Part shown: positions 1 through 12,407 of the stretch, in pieces
Layout: every line of letters starts with the position of its first letter
How positions within the stretch are numbered: the stretch's first letter is position 1
Assembly (NCBI GenBank): GCA_032718475.1
Contig: JAUCBJ010008836.1
Span: 1 to 33,779, forward strand
Direction: 5' to 3'
DNA from: Nemertoderma westbladi
Lineage: Eukaryota; Animalia; Xenacoelomorpha
Length of the DNA stretch: 33,779 bases
The notes under the pieces: generated by a model
Databases searched by the model: none
What the model saw: only the letters and a program-made list of their open reading frames with translations
What the model was told of the DNA's origin: nothing
Translations under genes and position numbers: made by a program

Positions 1-1
1 A

Positions 2-3000
2 ATCTGTGATACTTTTAGTTCAGTACTTCCTGACAGGGGACTAAATCATTTACATCGGAAGGTCTTAGAATCACGTGGTGAAGGGTTGGTCAATCTTAGT
101 AAGTTAACAGGAAGATTGCATTTATTGCTCTACCCCAATACCACATCTGCTTCAGATACCGGTATACCAATTGCTGGCAGTACAACCCATATACCGCATC
201 ATACTAGAACCCATGGTCCACAAAGTATAATTTCAAAAAAATCTTTGAAACAGTTATCGTGTCGAAATAGTAGTACTACATCCAGAGCTGTATCAATCTC
301 CAGTGCTGCAAAATTGGCCTTAGATGCTGTCACCCTAAAGACTATTGAAGCTAGAAGATTAAACTTGAAGAAAGCCACTGAACAAGCAGCTGAAGATAAT
401 AAAAGGCAGGATGAACTAACTAGGCAACGAATTCTTTCTGAACAAAAATCAGCCCAAACAAGATTAGCTGATGAAATGGAACAACAAACAAAGATTCAGG
501 AGATTGAAGAACGAAGACGCATAAGAATGCGAGACCAAACAGGAACCGAAGAGGCATTAAAGGAGATGATGAATATAGAGAGGGATTATATCATAGCTAT
601 GGACCAAAACAATTCCATGCGTTCAACTAAGCCAGACACTGAAGCGGCCCAAATTGTTGTTACTTCAGTTGACCCAGATGTGCAACCAAGCAAGACTTCT
701 CCATTTAAACCATTTGAGATATACATTCCCCCTGTGTCTTCACAACCCTCACCAACCCCTATATCACTTCTAAAGTCCACAGTCACTAAGAAGAAAGTCA
801 CAGCTGTTACCTCTGGTGGATCATCTATTAAGCCACAACTGGAATCAACCCGACAAGAACATGGGCAGGAACATAATCCTCTGACTAACATGGATGCTGA
901 GATGCCATCGTACATTCTACCTAATCTAACTTGTTCTGGTTTGGTTCCACCTCCAGTATATAGTCATACAAACTTTCCTATAGCTATACCAACAGTTCAG
1001 TTTTCGTCACAGAATCTATCTGCTCCACATGTTTCATGTCGACCTCAACATGAAAAATCTCACCAAAATAAACGCACATTAAACCCTGTTGCAACTGAGT
1101 TTTATCCACAGTCTACCGATTATAGTAATGGAGAAGCCATGTTTCTACAGAGTGATAAATATACAGAGAACAGGCGTGATTCACTAGCAAGAGAAGTAGT
1201 TGGCCTTCAAACAGAAGTTAATGAAAACAAACATAATCTGGAATTATTGAAAAGTCAAATAAACATAAGTGAGATGGAACTTGCTAAGTTACAAGATTCA
1301 GTTGTTATTAAGAGAAATGAACATATGCAACAGAGAGAAAAATACTTACCTAATTCCACTTCACAAGTCAGAATAATGCAACAACCAGCAGAGACACAGT
1401 CACGAGCAACAATAACAAACCCATATACTGAGGAAACTACTCCTAACCAGACAAGTCTACCAGCCGATTTTAGTTCAGGTCTCTGCGGGTCTGCATTAGA
1501 CAGGACAGACCCAAACTTCAGTTTGGTGCGAGTTTTCTCCAGAATGGATGCTAGGGAGTCAGCAACCCTTGATCCCACATTACGCTTTAATGGTAACCCA
1601 ACTAGATGGATTGCCTTTGAAACCCAATGTAAGGTAGCCTTTTCTGATGCCCCACTTACTGATGGCGAACGATTAAACCATCTCATTACAATGCTAGCTG
1701 GGGAACCAAAGAAGTTGGCATTATCACAAATAGGTATTGCTGATGGCTTCAAGCGGGCTTGGAATCAACTTAAGGAGCGATATGGCGAAACTAATGTTAT
1801 TGCCAATACACTTGTTCAAGAACTGATCGCTGATGCAAAACCTGTTTCTACTGGCTATCCATTAATTGAATTTATTGACAACATTGATCGTACATTTGAG
1901 CTGCTAAAAGGTCTCAATCAAACTTCTCAATTGGAGCAACCCTATGTTATCAACAATTTGGTAGCTCGTTTTCCTGCTAGAACTAGAGAAAATTGGTTAA
2001 AGGTAGCAGTATATTTGAAGAATCATCATCAGAATCCAAGACAACCTGTCCTACAGGATATTAAGGATTTCCTTCATAAGCAGCGGGAACTATGGAAAAT
2101 GGATAGACTATATCCTGTTGTAAATGTGACAAAGTCCACGAAACCATCTACATCAGAAAAGGTCCGTAATGTAGCACATGAATTAAAATCACAAGAAAGT
2201 TCTGCTTCAGAAGAATCTGACGATGACTCTATGGAAATAGTACAGAATGTGAAGTTGAAATCACAACTGCATCCAAAACAGAAGAAATCATTGAAAGCAG
2301 TCATTCACGACACTATCAATACTAGTAAGCCTACTGGTGGAGTTAATCCATACCTACCATGCTCCAGGTGTGGTGTCAAAGATCATCAAATCTTCAAGTG
2401 TCCTCTATTTAAGTCAGATGATTTGGAAACCAAACGCATATGGGTTAAAGAACATAAACTATGTTTCAACTGTTTGGCTCTGGGGCACTCACGTGTTCAA
2501 TGTGTTTGTAAGACTAGATGTAAGACTTGCAATAAACAGCATCATACTTTATTGCATCCAAATAATTATACTTTAAGTGACAAGTCCTCAGATTATATCA
2601 AGCAAATTTGTGATGAGTCTGACAGTCCAGATGGAGATACCTATGATGAAGATGAGTTTATTGACCAACCATGTGTAACTGAGAATATCAATACATTAAA
2701 CATTAAGCCTCTAGAACAAGTAATGAAGTTATCAGGGCACAATGTTAGATCACTAGACATAATCCAGATCCGCGTAACAGGGGACAAATGTAGTAAGGTG
2801 GTGAATGCTCTATTGGATGGTGGAAGTACATTGACATGTCTAGATAGTAAACTAGGAGAGATGTTATTTTCAGATGTAGTGTCTACAGAATTACATGCAA
2901 GTGGATTCATTCAAGACTGGACTAAGATTATAAAAACACATTACGCTTATGGAAGGTTATCAGCAGTAGAAGGTGGTTCAAGCTTCCATGTAAAACTTAC

Positions 3001-6000
3001 TTTAATCAATGAGTTTGCAGATAGCCAGTCAGTTCCTTATGACTGGCATAAGCAGTTGAGACCTGACCAGTTTAGGATACCACATTACAAGGTAGATTAT
3101 CCTGGAATACCCTTATTGATAGGAAAAGATACATATGAGGCATTTCATTGCTTAGAAATGTGCCCTGAGAAACCTCAACCACTAGAAGATCGAGCGATTA
3201 GGAGTCCCCTGGGATGGTATTACTCTGGACCATCGCAACGAACCAAAGAAGCTCGTAGATGTATTGCCAAATCTCGAGAATTCCAACACCAACACAATGT
3301 TATAAGTGATATGCGTCGCATCAGTGATTCTGCTAATGTTACTGTTAGTACCAGTACTGATAGTTCTAGTAACAAGTCCCATAATAGTAGACTAGACCAG
3401 ATCTTAAACAATTATGATGGACAAATCGACAATCGAAAATACATAGAGCAGCAACTGCAAGATATACTGACCCAAGACAAACTTATACAGATTGCTGTAG
3501 AGAAATGGATCAAAGGCGATGTTACAGAGATAAATTCACATGAACTGACATTATCTGTTGAGGAACAACGAGCTAAGGAGATTCAACGTACAACAATAAT
3601 GAAGTTGCCAACTGGCCACTATGCTGTAGGACTTTTATGGCGTAGACCTTCACCAGTATTGCACAATAATCGGCCTCTGGCAGAAAGACGTTTAAAACAG
3701 CTCAAACGGCGTTTAAGTGTGAATGAGAAGTTAAAAGATTTGTATGTAATGAAACTCGAATCCTGCATTGCCAAAGGCTATGCTGAAGAAGTTCCTGAGG
3801 AAGAATTAAATCCTATCAATCGTCTGGTTTACTACCTTCCACACCATCCTGTCATAAAATTAGATAAACCTGATAGTATCAGGATTGTATATGACTGTTC
3901 TGCAAATTATAAAGGTCAGTCTCTAAATTCAGAGCTGATGAAGGGACCTAACTTACTTCGATCACTTCAAGGTATCTTGTTAAGATTCCGTCAGCATAAT
4001 GTAGCAACTATATCAGATATTGAAGGTATGTTCTACCAGGTAAAAGTACTGCCTCGTGATAAAGACTGTCTTCGCTTTCTATGGTGGCCCAATGGGAAGA
4101 TAGAAGAGCCACCTCTTGAATATCGTATGACATGTCAAGCATTTGGGATTATCAGCAGCCCCTCTAATGCTTCGTCTGTGTTGCATCAAACTGCAGATGA
4201 TAATGCTTTATCATATACTCCATTAGTAACAAAAACTATCCATGAAGACATATATATGGATGACTGTATAAATTCATTTATCAATGATGAAGAGGCAATT
4301 ACAACTTCTCATGGAATTAAATCCTGCTTAGCGCATGGTGGGTTTAACCTCACTAAGTTTAATAGTAACAGTAAAGCCGTTTTAGAATCCTTCCAAAAAC
4401 ATGAACGATCAACCCCAGATGTTGACCTTGAATTTGAGGATATTCCAGAGACTAAATCTCTAGGACTTCGGTGGAACCCAGAGGGTGATTTTCTTTTCTT
4501 CAAGGTGAAAGAACGTGATAACTTTGACACCCGAACAAAACGAGATTGTTTAAGTATACTTAGTCAAGTTTATGACCCACTATGTTTAGTAACCCCAGTG
4601 ATTTTATCAGCTAGGCTAATAATCCAATTAGCTTGGAAAGATGATATTGGTTGGGATGAGCCTCTCCCAGATATGCTGTTACGGAAGTGGATCACCTGGG
4701 AAAAAGAATTGCAAGGGCTTAGCAATTTGAAACTATCTCGACCAATGTTCCCAGACATGGAAAGGGATGAGGATCTGCAACTTCATATATTTTGCGATGC
4801 TAGTAAATATGGTATGGGTGTTGTAGCATATCTGAGACGGTACAAGGACAATTCTGCATCTGTTTCTTTTGTGTTTTCACGAAGTAAAACTATGCCTGTA
4901 AAATCCCTTACGATTCCACGAGCTGAACTACAAGCTGGTTCTTATGGTGTTGATATGGCTCTCTTTCTAGGACACCAGTTGACTATTCCATTTACAACCA
5001 CCTATTGGACAGATGCTTATTTGGTATTAGAGTATCTTAATAATGAAAAGAGTCAATTTACTGTGTTTGTTTCAAATAGAAAGGAGAAGATATTGAATTC
5101 ATCAACCACTGATCAATGGAAGCACTGTCCCGGCAATATCAATCCTGCGGATATTGCTTCGCGAGGTGCTACTCCCAATCAACTGCTTCAAAGTTGTTGG
5201 TTCGCTGGACCACATTTTTTACAAGAAGATGAAGAAAGTTGGCCAAGACAACCTACTAGATCAGAAAGATTAGAATTGTTAACAGATTTGCCAGAGCTAT
5301 TGCCTCCACCTAAGAAGTCTAAATCTAAATTATTCGCTGGATTAAAGCCAGACCCTATAAACAACATCGTATTCATGATTAAATCTGATACTGTTCCTAC
5401 AGTTGTGCCTAACCTAATAAATGGTTTAAGTCACTTAATCAAAGGCGCAATAGAATACTATTCATCTTGGAATAAACTGGTCAAAGCCATTACTTACTTG
5501 AAGCAATATGCACGGCTTGTACTGAACAAACGTAAATCTACCTCTCCAACACCTTCAGAGTTGAATAATACTGAGCTTCAGTTGCTACGTGTTACTCAAA
5601 TGACAAGTGTCCCAATATTGTATTCAGATCATGTTGAAGACCCGAGTCTTATCAGCAATGACAAGTTTTCTACGATCATCAAGAATGGTCTTTTGCGAGT
5701 TGGTGGACGCCTGGAAGGAGTTCCATTCCTGTCTGATAATGCCAAACATCCTATATTAATTTACGATAAGGACATTCAAGCCAAGCTTATCCTAGATATA
5801 CATATTAGGTTACACCATGCTGGCAGACAACACATCATATGTCATTTGAGAAACAGATATTATCTTGTAAGCCCCAGGAAGGTTATAAATAAGATATTAA
5901 CTAGTTGTATTCCGTGTCGAAAATATAACAGTACACCCATGTCACAAATTATGAGTGATTTACCTCCAGAGAGGTTTGGGGTTTACGAACCAGCATTTAC

Positions 6001-6907
6001 CCATTCGGGTGTTGATTTGTTCGGCCCACTAGAAGTTAAACGAGCTAGAAGTATGGTGAAACGTTGGTGTGTCATTTTTACTTGTCTCACTTGCCGGGCA
6101 ATCTACTTAGATATGGTAAATGATTTGACCATGAACTCATTTTTACTGTGCCTTCGCCGCTTTATCTCAAGGAAGGGGAAGATAGCCCATATCAGATCGG
6201 ACCAAGGCACAAACTTCATCAGTGCTGCAAAGGAGATAACCACAACTATCACTGACTGGAACCAAAATCAGATAGATAAGCTGTTGTGTGTGGATGACAT
6301 CTCGTGGACATTTAATACACCAATGTCTCCATGGATGGGTGGAACCTGGGAGCGTTTAATTAAAAGCGTGAAACTAGCTATGAACAAGACTTTACCAGCC
6401 AAAGTATATCTAAATGATGAAAGTCTGCGAACACTGTTAGCAGAGATAGAGAGTACTATAAACTCGAGACCTCTTACATATGTCGATGCTAATTGTAAAT
6501 CTCCAGAGGTACTGACCCCGGCACATTTCGTGATGTTGAGACCAGCAACTATGGTACCGGTCCAGGAATCAAGTGTTGATGACCAATATAGTCGTAAATC
6601 ATGGAAAGTGATGAACAGTCTGTCAGATGAATACTGGAAACATTGGGTCAAAGAATATATCCCAACAGTACATCTACGAAAGAAATGGTTAGCAGACAAA
6701 GATAATATCCATGTGGATGACTTTGTACTGATTGTTGATGATAATGCACCACGAAGTAAATGGGCCACAGCAAGAGTTACAGAACTGCACCCTAGTAGTG
6801 ATGGTAAGATACGTTCAGTGTCCCTACGCACTAGTCGAAAACAGAACCTGGATCGTCCAATCCACAAGTTATGTATGTTGGAACGGGTGGATATGACAAA
6901 GAAGTAA
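2..6907 (+). CDS. BEL/Pao LTR retrotransposon gag-pol polyprotein (5'-partial, frame open from window edge)
   Basis: Single ORF with gag DUF1759-like region (FNGNPTRWIAF), zinc knuckles (CSRCGVKDHQIFKC, CFNCLALGHSRVQC, CKTCNKQHHTLLH), aspartic protease (ALLDGGS), RT (YLPHHPV, SDIEGMFYQV, YMDD), Pao RNase H (FCDAS, NPADIASRG), integrase (H-H-C-C, GVDLFGP, SDQGTNF, GGTWERLI) and DUF5641-like tail. No in-frame stop between position 2 and the TTG at 86; first in-frame ATG is at 476. Confidence 0.96.
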   Translation: MCDTFSSVLPDRGLNHLHRKVLESRGEGLVNLSKLTGRLHLLLYPNTTSASDTGIPIAGSTTHIPHHTRTHGPQSIISKKSLKQLSCRNSSTTSRAVSISSAAKLALDAVTLKTIEARRLNLKKATEQAAEDNKRQDELTRQRILSEQKSAQTRLADEMEQQTKIQEIEERRRIRMRDQTGTEEALKEMMNIERDYIIAMDQNNSMRSTKPDTEAAQIVVTSVDPDVQPSKTSPFKPFEIYIPPVSSQPSPTPISLLKSTVTKKKVTAVTSGGSSIKPQLESTRQEHGQEHNPLTNMDAEMPSYILPNLTCSGLVPPPVYSHTNFPIAIPTVQFSSQNLSAPHVSCRPQHEKSHQNKRTLNPVATEFYPQSTDYSNGEAMFLQSDKYTENRRDSLAREVVGLQTEVNENKHNLELLKSQINISEMELAKLQDSVVIKRNEHMQQREKYLPNSTSQVRIMQQPAETQSRATITNPYTEETTPNQTSLPADFSSGLCGSALDRTDPNFSLVRVFSRMDARESATLDPTLRFNGNPTRWIAFETQCKVAFSDAPLTDGERLNHLITMLAGEPKKLALSQIGIADGFKRAWNQLKERYGETNVIANTLVQELIADAKPVSTGYPLIEFIDNIDRTFELLKGLNQTSQLEQPYVINNLVARFPARTRENWLKVAVYLKNHHQNPRQPVLQDIKDFLHKQRELWKMDRLYPVVNVTKSTKPSTSEKVRNVAHELKSQESSASEESDDDSMEIVQNVKLKSQLHPKQKKSLKAVIHDTINTSKPTGGVNPYLPCSRCGVKDHQIFKCPLFKSDDLETKRIWVKEHKLCFNCLALGHSRVQCVCKTRCKTCNKQHHTLLHPNNYTLSDKSSDYIKQICDESDSPDGDTYDEDEFIDQPCVTENINTLNIKPLEQVMKLSGHNVRSLDIIQIRVTGDKCSKVVNALLDGGSTLTCLDSKLGEMLFSDVVSTELHASGFIQDWTKIIKTHYAYGRLSAVEGGSSFHVKLTLINEFADSQSVPYDWHKQLRPDQFRIPHYKVDYPGIPLLIGKDTYEAFHCLEMCPEKPQPLEDRAIRSPLGWYYSGPSQRTKEARRCIAKSREFQHQHNVISDMRRISDSANVTVSTSTDSSSNKSHNSRLDQILNNYDGQIDNRKYIEQQLQDILTQDKLIQIAVEKWIKGDVTEINSHELTLSVEEQRAKEIQRTTIMKLPTGHYAVGLLWRRPSPVLHNNRPLAERRLKQLKRRLSVNEKLKDLYVMKLESCIAKGYAEEVPEEELNPINRLVYYLPHHPVIKLDKPDSIRIVYDCSANYKGQSLNSELMKGPNLLRSLQGILLRFRQHNVATISDIEGMFYQVKVLPRDKDCLRFLWWPNGKIEEPPLEYRMTCQAFGIISSPSNASSVLHQTADDNALSYTPLVTKTIHEDIYMDDCINSFINDEEAITTSHGIKSCLAHGGFNLTKFNSNSKAVLESFQKHERSTPDVDLEFEDIPETKSLGLRWNPEGDFLFFKVKERDNFDTRTKRDCLSILSQVYDPLCLVTPVILSARLIIQLAWKDDIGWDEPLPDMLLRKWITWEKELQGLSNLKLSRPMFPDMERDEDLQLHIFCDASKYGMGVVAYLRRYKDNSASVSFVFSRSKTMPVKSLTIPRAELQAGSYGVDMALFLGHQLTIPFTTTYWTDAYLVLEYLNNEKSQFTVFVSNRKEKILNSSTTDQWKHCPGNINPADIASRGATPNQLLQSCWFAGPHFLQEDEESWPRQPTRSERLELLTDLPELLPPPKKSKSKLFAGLKPDPINNIVFMIKSDTVPTVVPNLINGLSHLIKGAIEYYSSWNKLVKAITYLKQYARLVLNKRKSTSPTPSELNNTELQLLRVTQMTSVPILYSDHVEDPSLISNDKFSTIIKNGLLRVGGRLEGVPFLSDNAKHPILIYDKDIQAKLILDIHIRLHHAGRQHIICHLRNRYYLVSPRKVINKILTSCIPCRKYNSTPMSQIMSDLPPERFGVYEPAFTHSGVDLFGPLEVKRARSMVKRWCVIFTCLTCRAIYLDMVNDLTMNSFLLCLRRFISRKGKIAHIRSDQGTNFISAAKEITTTITDWNQNQIDKLLCVDDISWTFNTPMSPWMGGTWERLIKSVKLAMNKTLPAKVYLNDESLRTLLAEIESTINSRPLTYVDANCKSPEVLTPAHFVMLRPATMVPVQESSVDDQYSRKSWKVMNSLSDEYWKHWVKEYIPTVHLRKKWLADKDNIHVDDFVLIVDDNAPRSKWATARVTELHPSSDGKIRSVSLRTSRKQNLDRPIHKLCMLERVDMTKK

Positions 6908-7110
6908 CTATATTATTATCTCATATTTATAACATTGCTACGAACTGTAACAAACTGTTCTAATATATATTTATAGGATATTCTGTGATATCGATTGTAA
7001 TGTAAGTAATCTGTAGCAAACATTTATATATTAAATATATAAAATAAATTCAACTAAAATAAAATTTCAATAAAATTTTGGAAGCGGGATATAGCTCCAT
7101 TGATGGAGAT

Positions 7111-7658
7111 TGTGTACGTAAAAATTGTATTGTTATATTATTTTTATTGTATTTTTCACATTTAATTTAGTCACTTCATTAAATTTATTGACATTTGGCG
7201 TTTCTTGTATCTATGCATTCCGATTATGCATACAAGTGTGACTCATTACTGCCTGTCCACATATTCATAGTCTTGACCTACCTTGACGCTGGACTTTACT
7301 ACTTGTATATCACATGACTTCGTCCTATATGACAACTCTACCTACATATTTGACGATTGAACATACTGGTACTGCATAAATAATAACCTCAAAATAATAT
7401 TTAGCATCAGCGGCATCTAAACCTAACAGATTCAGGTCTGTGCTAGACGCTATACTGCAATCACGGAAGCGGTAATGGGATGTGTATGTAGTTTGTGTGG
7501 CATATATGTTTCAGTGTGTTTGAATGTCGTGGTGTGTTTGTGGGTGAGTGTCACAGAATGTATTTGTGGTTTAACCGAACTTGTGAGAACTCCTTGGGTG
7601 TCGAGAAGTCTCGGTGCATGATGGCTTGTAACTGAAGTTATATGCGGCATTTAACACA
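7111..7658 (+). repeat. Candidate 3' LTR of BEL element 1
   Basis: Begins TGTGT (7111) after purine-rich GATGGAGA, about 200 bp past the stop; ends ACACA (7654-7658); GT-rich U5-like end. The 5' LTR is not in the window, so boundaries are inferred. Confidence 0.45.
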
Positions 7659-8073
7659 TTCTACAGATTTCTCCTCTGGATTTAGCTGTGGGTTTGCAGA
7701 TAGCTAAACCAATAAGTGCGCCAACTCTCACGGAGGTCGAAGTCGAATCCAGTTAATTCAATTCGAATTCAATGCGGGTCTCATTGTGATGGATCGCTAT
7801 ATGGGGGATCTATTATTTCAAGACGATGGAGAGGGCGGATGATGAAGGAAAGATAGTCGAGACTTTAATTCGAAATATCTTCAAAATCATGTGGACCCGC
7901 GAATTTTATACTTTGTATCTAAAGATTCCTATAATAATGCGAAGGGTGGAGAAACGCGATGGATATATTTATAAAACCCGTTACCTTTAACCACATTAAA
8001 TAAATTTCGTTAGTATATATTATTATTATAAGGTGGATTCATTTGAAGACACTGTTCGTTTGTCTAACTAGTT

Positions 8074-8350
8074 ATATGCATATGCAATGAATATGTGCAA
8101 TAATATTAGTTTAAAAGCATATATTATATATTTATAATGCATCAATAATATATATGCATATGCAATGAATATGTGCAATAATATTAGTGCAATAATATTA
8201 GTTTAGAAGCATATATTATATATTTATAATGCATCAATCATTTAGTCAATAATAGTCAATAATAACTCCTAAGTTATATACAATATACATACAGGAAATG
8301 AAAATATGCGATAATATTTGTTTAGAGGCATATATTATATTTTATAATAC
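8074..8350. repeat. AT-rich degenerate tandem duplication (~75-90 bp units)
   Basis: ATATGCATATGCAATGAATATGTGCAATAATATTAGT...GCATATATTATAT occurs twice, with a third degraded copy. Confidence 0.75.
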
Positions 8351-10540
8351 ATTTGTAGAATGAACCATGTATATAATGAATAGTCAATAATTTAACCAGA
8401 ATCTATTTTCTATTATAATATGTTTGTTTGCTTAATTAATTCTAATGTAATAGTGCATCTAGGTGAAATATATGCTTTATAATTGTGAAAACTGTATATT
8501 AACTTTTGAAAATATGATTGTGAGTTACAGTTACTATTTACAGTTACTGGAGATGTAACATATATTTGTATTTTATGGTATATTTTTAATCTAGTTGATA
8601 TTTTCCTATATCACTTGTACAGCGGGAATTTGTAAACATTAGTAGAGAATTTCAATATCTTAAGACCGTATTGACGCAGTGATTGATAATTAAATTTTGT
8701 GCATCTATCTTTAATTAGGAAGCGGTGTAAGCGCCAATACGCATTCTACCCCCAACCAAAATTATTGTAAGTACAGATAAGTGTAACATGTTAAATCTAT
8801 TCAGTATACTGATGTAAGTGTCATAATTTAATGGCCCTAGTTGTAATGCCAGGTGCTTGTTTCTGATTGGCTGTTAGCCTTTCAGTGATATACAATGGTG
8901 ATGGGAGCTAGGCTCTTTTACTTACCTTTTAGTCACAGTGCTGCAGTGCTTTAGTTACTGTATCTTACAGTCTTATCTTATTACCGGTACCGGTACTGTT
9001 ATTTTGCGTCCTCCCGGACACCCACTTTTGGGCGAAGAGTCCTATGAATATTACCAGTTGTCAGTTGTCAGTTGTCAGTTGCCAGTTAGTCAATTAGCCA
9101 TTAACAGATTTAACCAGTTATCAGTGATTCCGATTCGGTGATTATTATTTATCATTCATCTGTTCATTGTATTAATATGGAGACGGACCGAGAATCTTAA
9201 CAGGACCTGCGTTTTCCTTGCCTCGCATCCCCATCCATCCTTCAGTCCTTTCACAAGCGACGTTGGTGAGGCTGTCATACTGTCATAGCTTACACACGTT
9301 GGATCCTAGGGGTTTCTGCGTGTGTGCTTTATGCCTAATGTAAGTTGCAGTGCACTTGCAACCAGGTAACTCGCATTCAAAGGTGTCCAGCACGTTCGGT
9401 TGGTGAGTTTGTCTGTTAGTGTCTGTCTCAGTGTCTTATGTATGACTGTGTTAGTTTATCTGTGTGTCATCTGTCTGTCCTGTTACCGACTGTCAGACTG
9501 GTGTGAATGCAGTGCAGCGTCACTGGCAAACTGCGTGATATCAAAAGCCCGAAAGTCTTTTAGCGGCAGGGTGTTTGCGGTTTATTGTACGGATGAGCTC
9601 ACTGCTATCCTTTAGCCGCTACACCCGCTAGGATACACTTTCCTCGGTAGCGCTCAGTGTCTCCCCCACTAGGATACACTTACCCCGGTAGCGTTCAGTG
9701 TCTCCCCCACTAGGATACACTTACCTCGGTAGCGTTCAGTGTCTCCCCCCTAAGGATACACTTACCTCAGTAGCGTTCAGTGTCTCCCCCCTAGGATACA
9801 CTTACCTCGGTAGCGTTCAGTGTCTCCCCCGCTAGGATACACTTACCTCGGTAGCGCTCAGTGTCTCCCCCACTAGGATACACTTACCCCGGTAGCGTTC
9901 AGTGTCTCCCCCACTAGGATACACTTACCTCGGTAGCGTTCAGTGTCTCTCCCGCTAGGATACACTTACCTCAGTAGCGTTTAGTGTCTCCCTCACTAGG
10001 ATACACTTAACCCGGTAGTGTTCAGTGTCTCCCCCACTAGGATACACTTACTTCGGTAGCGTTCAGTGTCTCCCCCACTAGGATACACTTACCTCGGTAG
10101 CGTTCAGTGTCTCCCCCACTAGGATACACTTACCCCGGTAGCGTTCAGTGTCTCCCCCACTAGGATACACTTACCCCGGTAGCGTTCATTGTCTCCCCCA
10201 CTAGGATACACTTACCTCGGTAGCGTTCAGTGTCTCTCCCGCTAGGATACACCACTTACCTCAGTAGCGTTTAGTGTCTCCCTCACTAGGATACACTTAA
10301 CCCGGTAGTGTTCAGTGTCTCCCCCACTAGGATACACTTACTTCGGTAGCGTTCAGTGTCTCCCGTTCAGTGTCTCCCCCACTAGGATACACTTACCCCG
10401 GTAGTGTTCAGTGTCTCCCCCACTAGGATACACTTGCTTCGGTAGCGTTCAGTGTCTCCCGTTCAGTGTCTCCCCCACTAGGATACACTTACCCCGGTAG
10501 CGTTCAGTGTCTCCCCCACTTGGATACACTTACCTCGGTA

Positions 10541-11743
10541 CCAGACTGGAATCTCTATGTTTCGTGCGCCGAAGGTGCGCCAAGGGTCAAAAAAATCTGC
10601 GCCAGCTCAAAGTACCTGTGCGCCAACCTTAATTTTTTTTGCGCCAGCCGAAAAAATTTGCGCCGACAAAATAGTGAAAAAAGGGGGTCAGCCTAATTAC
10701 CCAACTACACCCAACTTTCACCCAACTACACCCAACTTTCACCCAACTTGGCCAACTACACCCAACTTTCACCCATCTACCACCCAACTACACCCAACTT
10801 TCACCAACTACACCCAACTATACCACCCATCTACACCCAACTCTGCAAATACACCCAACTTCAACACAACAGCATCCAACTTACACCAAACTATACCGGT
10901 ACTGTATGGCACCTATCTTCCACAAATTACAATATGTACAGTAACAAACTCTGAACTTCTTTGAGGAATTGCTGAGATATGAACTTTTAAAAGTTGCATG
11001 TACTCGTGCTGTATTTTGCCATTAATAATATTTTATTGAGTTGACTGACTCAAACGCCACACCTCTAAGCTAATGATATGATACTCCTGTAATATTGTTG
11101 TAAAATTGATTTCATTGGCTAGTGGACAATAGAGTATAATGGTGCCCTGTATTGATTGGATGACACACAACGCATTGAGATTGAATAACACATGGAAAGC
11201 CTCGGATATTAACAACATTGCTCCGCTCACAACAGGGATGGTACTGCTAGTGCTATCGTACTCCAGACCAGCCTGGGCAGGCTGTGCTGGGTTCTCTAGC
11301 CATTTAGTACAGTATACATTATACAGGTATAAACATAAACAAACAGTAGAAATGCTGTTACTGAGAGGCAGCAATTTATGTGTTTAAATTTTTCCTATTC
11401 TCTATAAAAACAATATTTTTAAGTGAGCGCACTGCGCAGGCTACTCTGTTCTAATAAGTAACAATAATACAAATACATACTGTAACTGGAAATTTTAAAT
11501 GTACTGTAAAGCTGGCTGTGCCTGCAATACAAGATTTTAGATGGCTACGCGCTGCGCCGACTCAAACTCAAATCGATAGTGCACGCCGGTGCAGAGATTG
11601 GCTGCCTGGCTGCGCCGACGCAGAGATTGGCAGCCTGGCTGCGTCGGCTGCGCCGACGCAGAGATTGGCTGCGCCGACCTGCGCCGCAACTTGACATCGT
11701 GCGCCGAAGTTCTTCGCCCAAAACGCCGAAGATTCCAGTCTGG
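10541..11743. mobile_element. Non-autonomous cut-and-paste DNA transposon (hAT/P-like, 8-bp TSD), 1203 bp
   Basis: Perfect 14-bp TIRs CCAGACTGGAATCT (10541-10554) / AGATTCCAGTCTGG (11730-11743); TSD CCTCGGTA at 10533-10540 and 11744-11751; many subterminal TGCGCC motifs at both ends; no transposase ORF. Confidence 0.92.
10698..10892. repeat. 10-11 bp minisatellite (CACCCAACTA / CACCCAACTTT) inside the transposon
   Basis: Directly visible tandem repeats. Confidence 0.9.
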
Positions 11744-12407
11744 CCTCGGTAGCGTTCAGTGTCTCCCGTTCAGTGTCTCCCCCACTAGGATACACTTACC
11801 CCGGTAGCGTTCAGTGTCTCCCCCCACTAGGATACACTTACCCCGGTAGCGTTCAGTGTCTCCCCCACTTGGATACACTTACCTCGGTAGCGTTCAGTGT
11901 CTCCCGTTCAGTGTCTCCCCCACTAGGATACACTTTCCCCGGTAGCGTTCAGTGTCTCCCCCACTAGGATACACTTACCCCGGTAGCGTTCAGTGTCTCC
12001 CCCACTAGGATACACTTACCCCGGTAGCGTTCAGTGTCTCCCCCACTAGGATACACTTACCCCGGTAGCGTTCAGTGTCTCCCCCACTAGGATACACTTA
12101 ACCCGGTAGCGTTCAGTGTCTCCCCCACTAGGATACACTTACCTCGGTAGCGTTCAGTGTCTCCCCCGCTAGGATACACTTACCTCGTTAGCGTTCAGTG
12201 TCTCCCTGCTAGGATACACTAACCTCGGTAGCGTTCAGTGTCTCCCCCACTAGGATTCACTTACCTCGGTATCGTTCAGTGTCTCCCGTTCAGTGTCTCC
12301 CCCGCAGGATACACTTACCTCGGTAGCGTTCAGTGTCTCCCCCGCTAGGATACACTTACCTCGGTAGCGTTCACACTTCAGTGTCTCCCCCGCTAGGATA
12401 CACTTAC

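Larger units (their letters stand above)
1..7658 (+). mobile_element. BEL/Pao retrotransposon 1 (5' end outside window)
   Basis: Polyprotein above plus a candidate 3' LTR. Confidence 0.85.

Noticed and set aside
586-6867. Antisense and alternate-frame ORFs within BEL 1 (likewise in BEL 2, BTBD and PolB)
   Set aside because: Shadow ORFs of long coding frames.
9481-9623. Possible short solo LTR (TGT...ACA with AATAAA on -)
   Set aside because: No TSD, PBS or second copy to support it.
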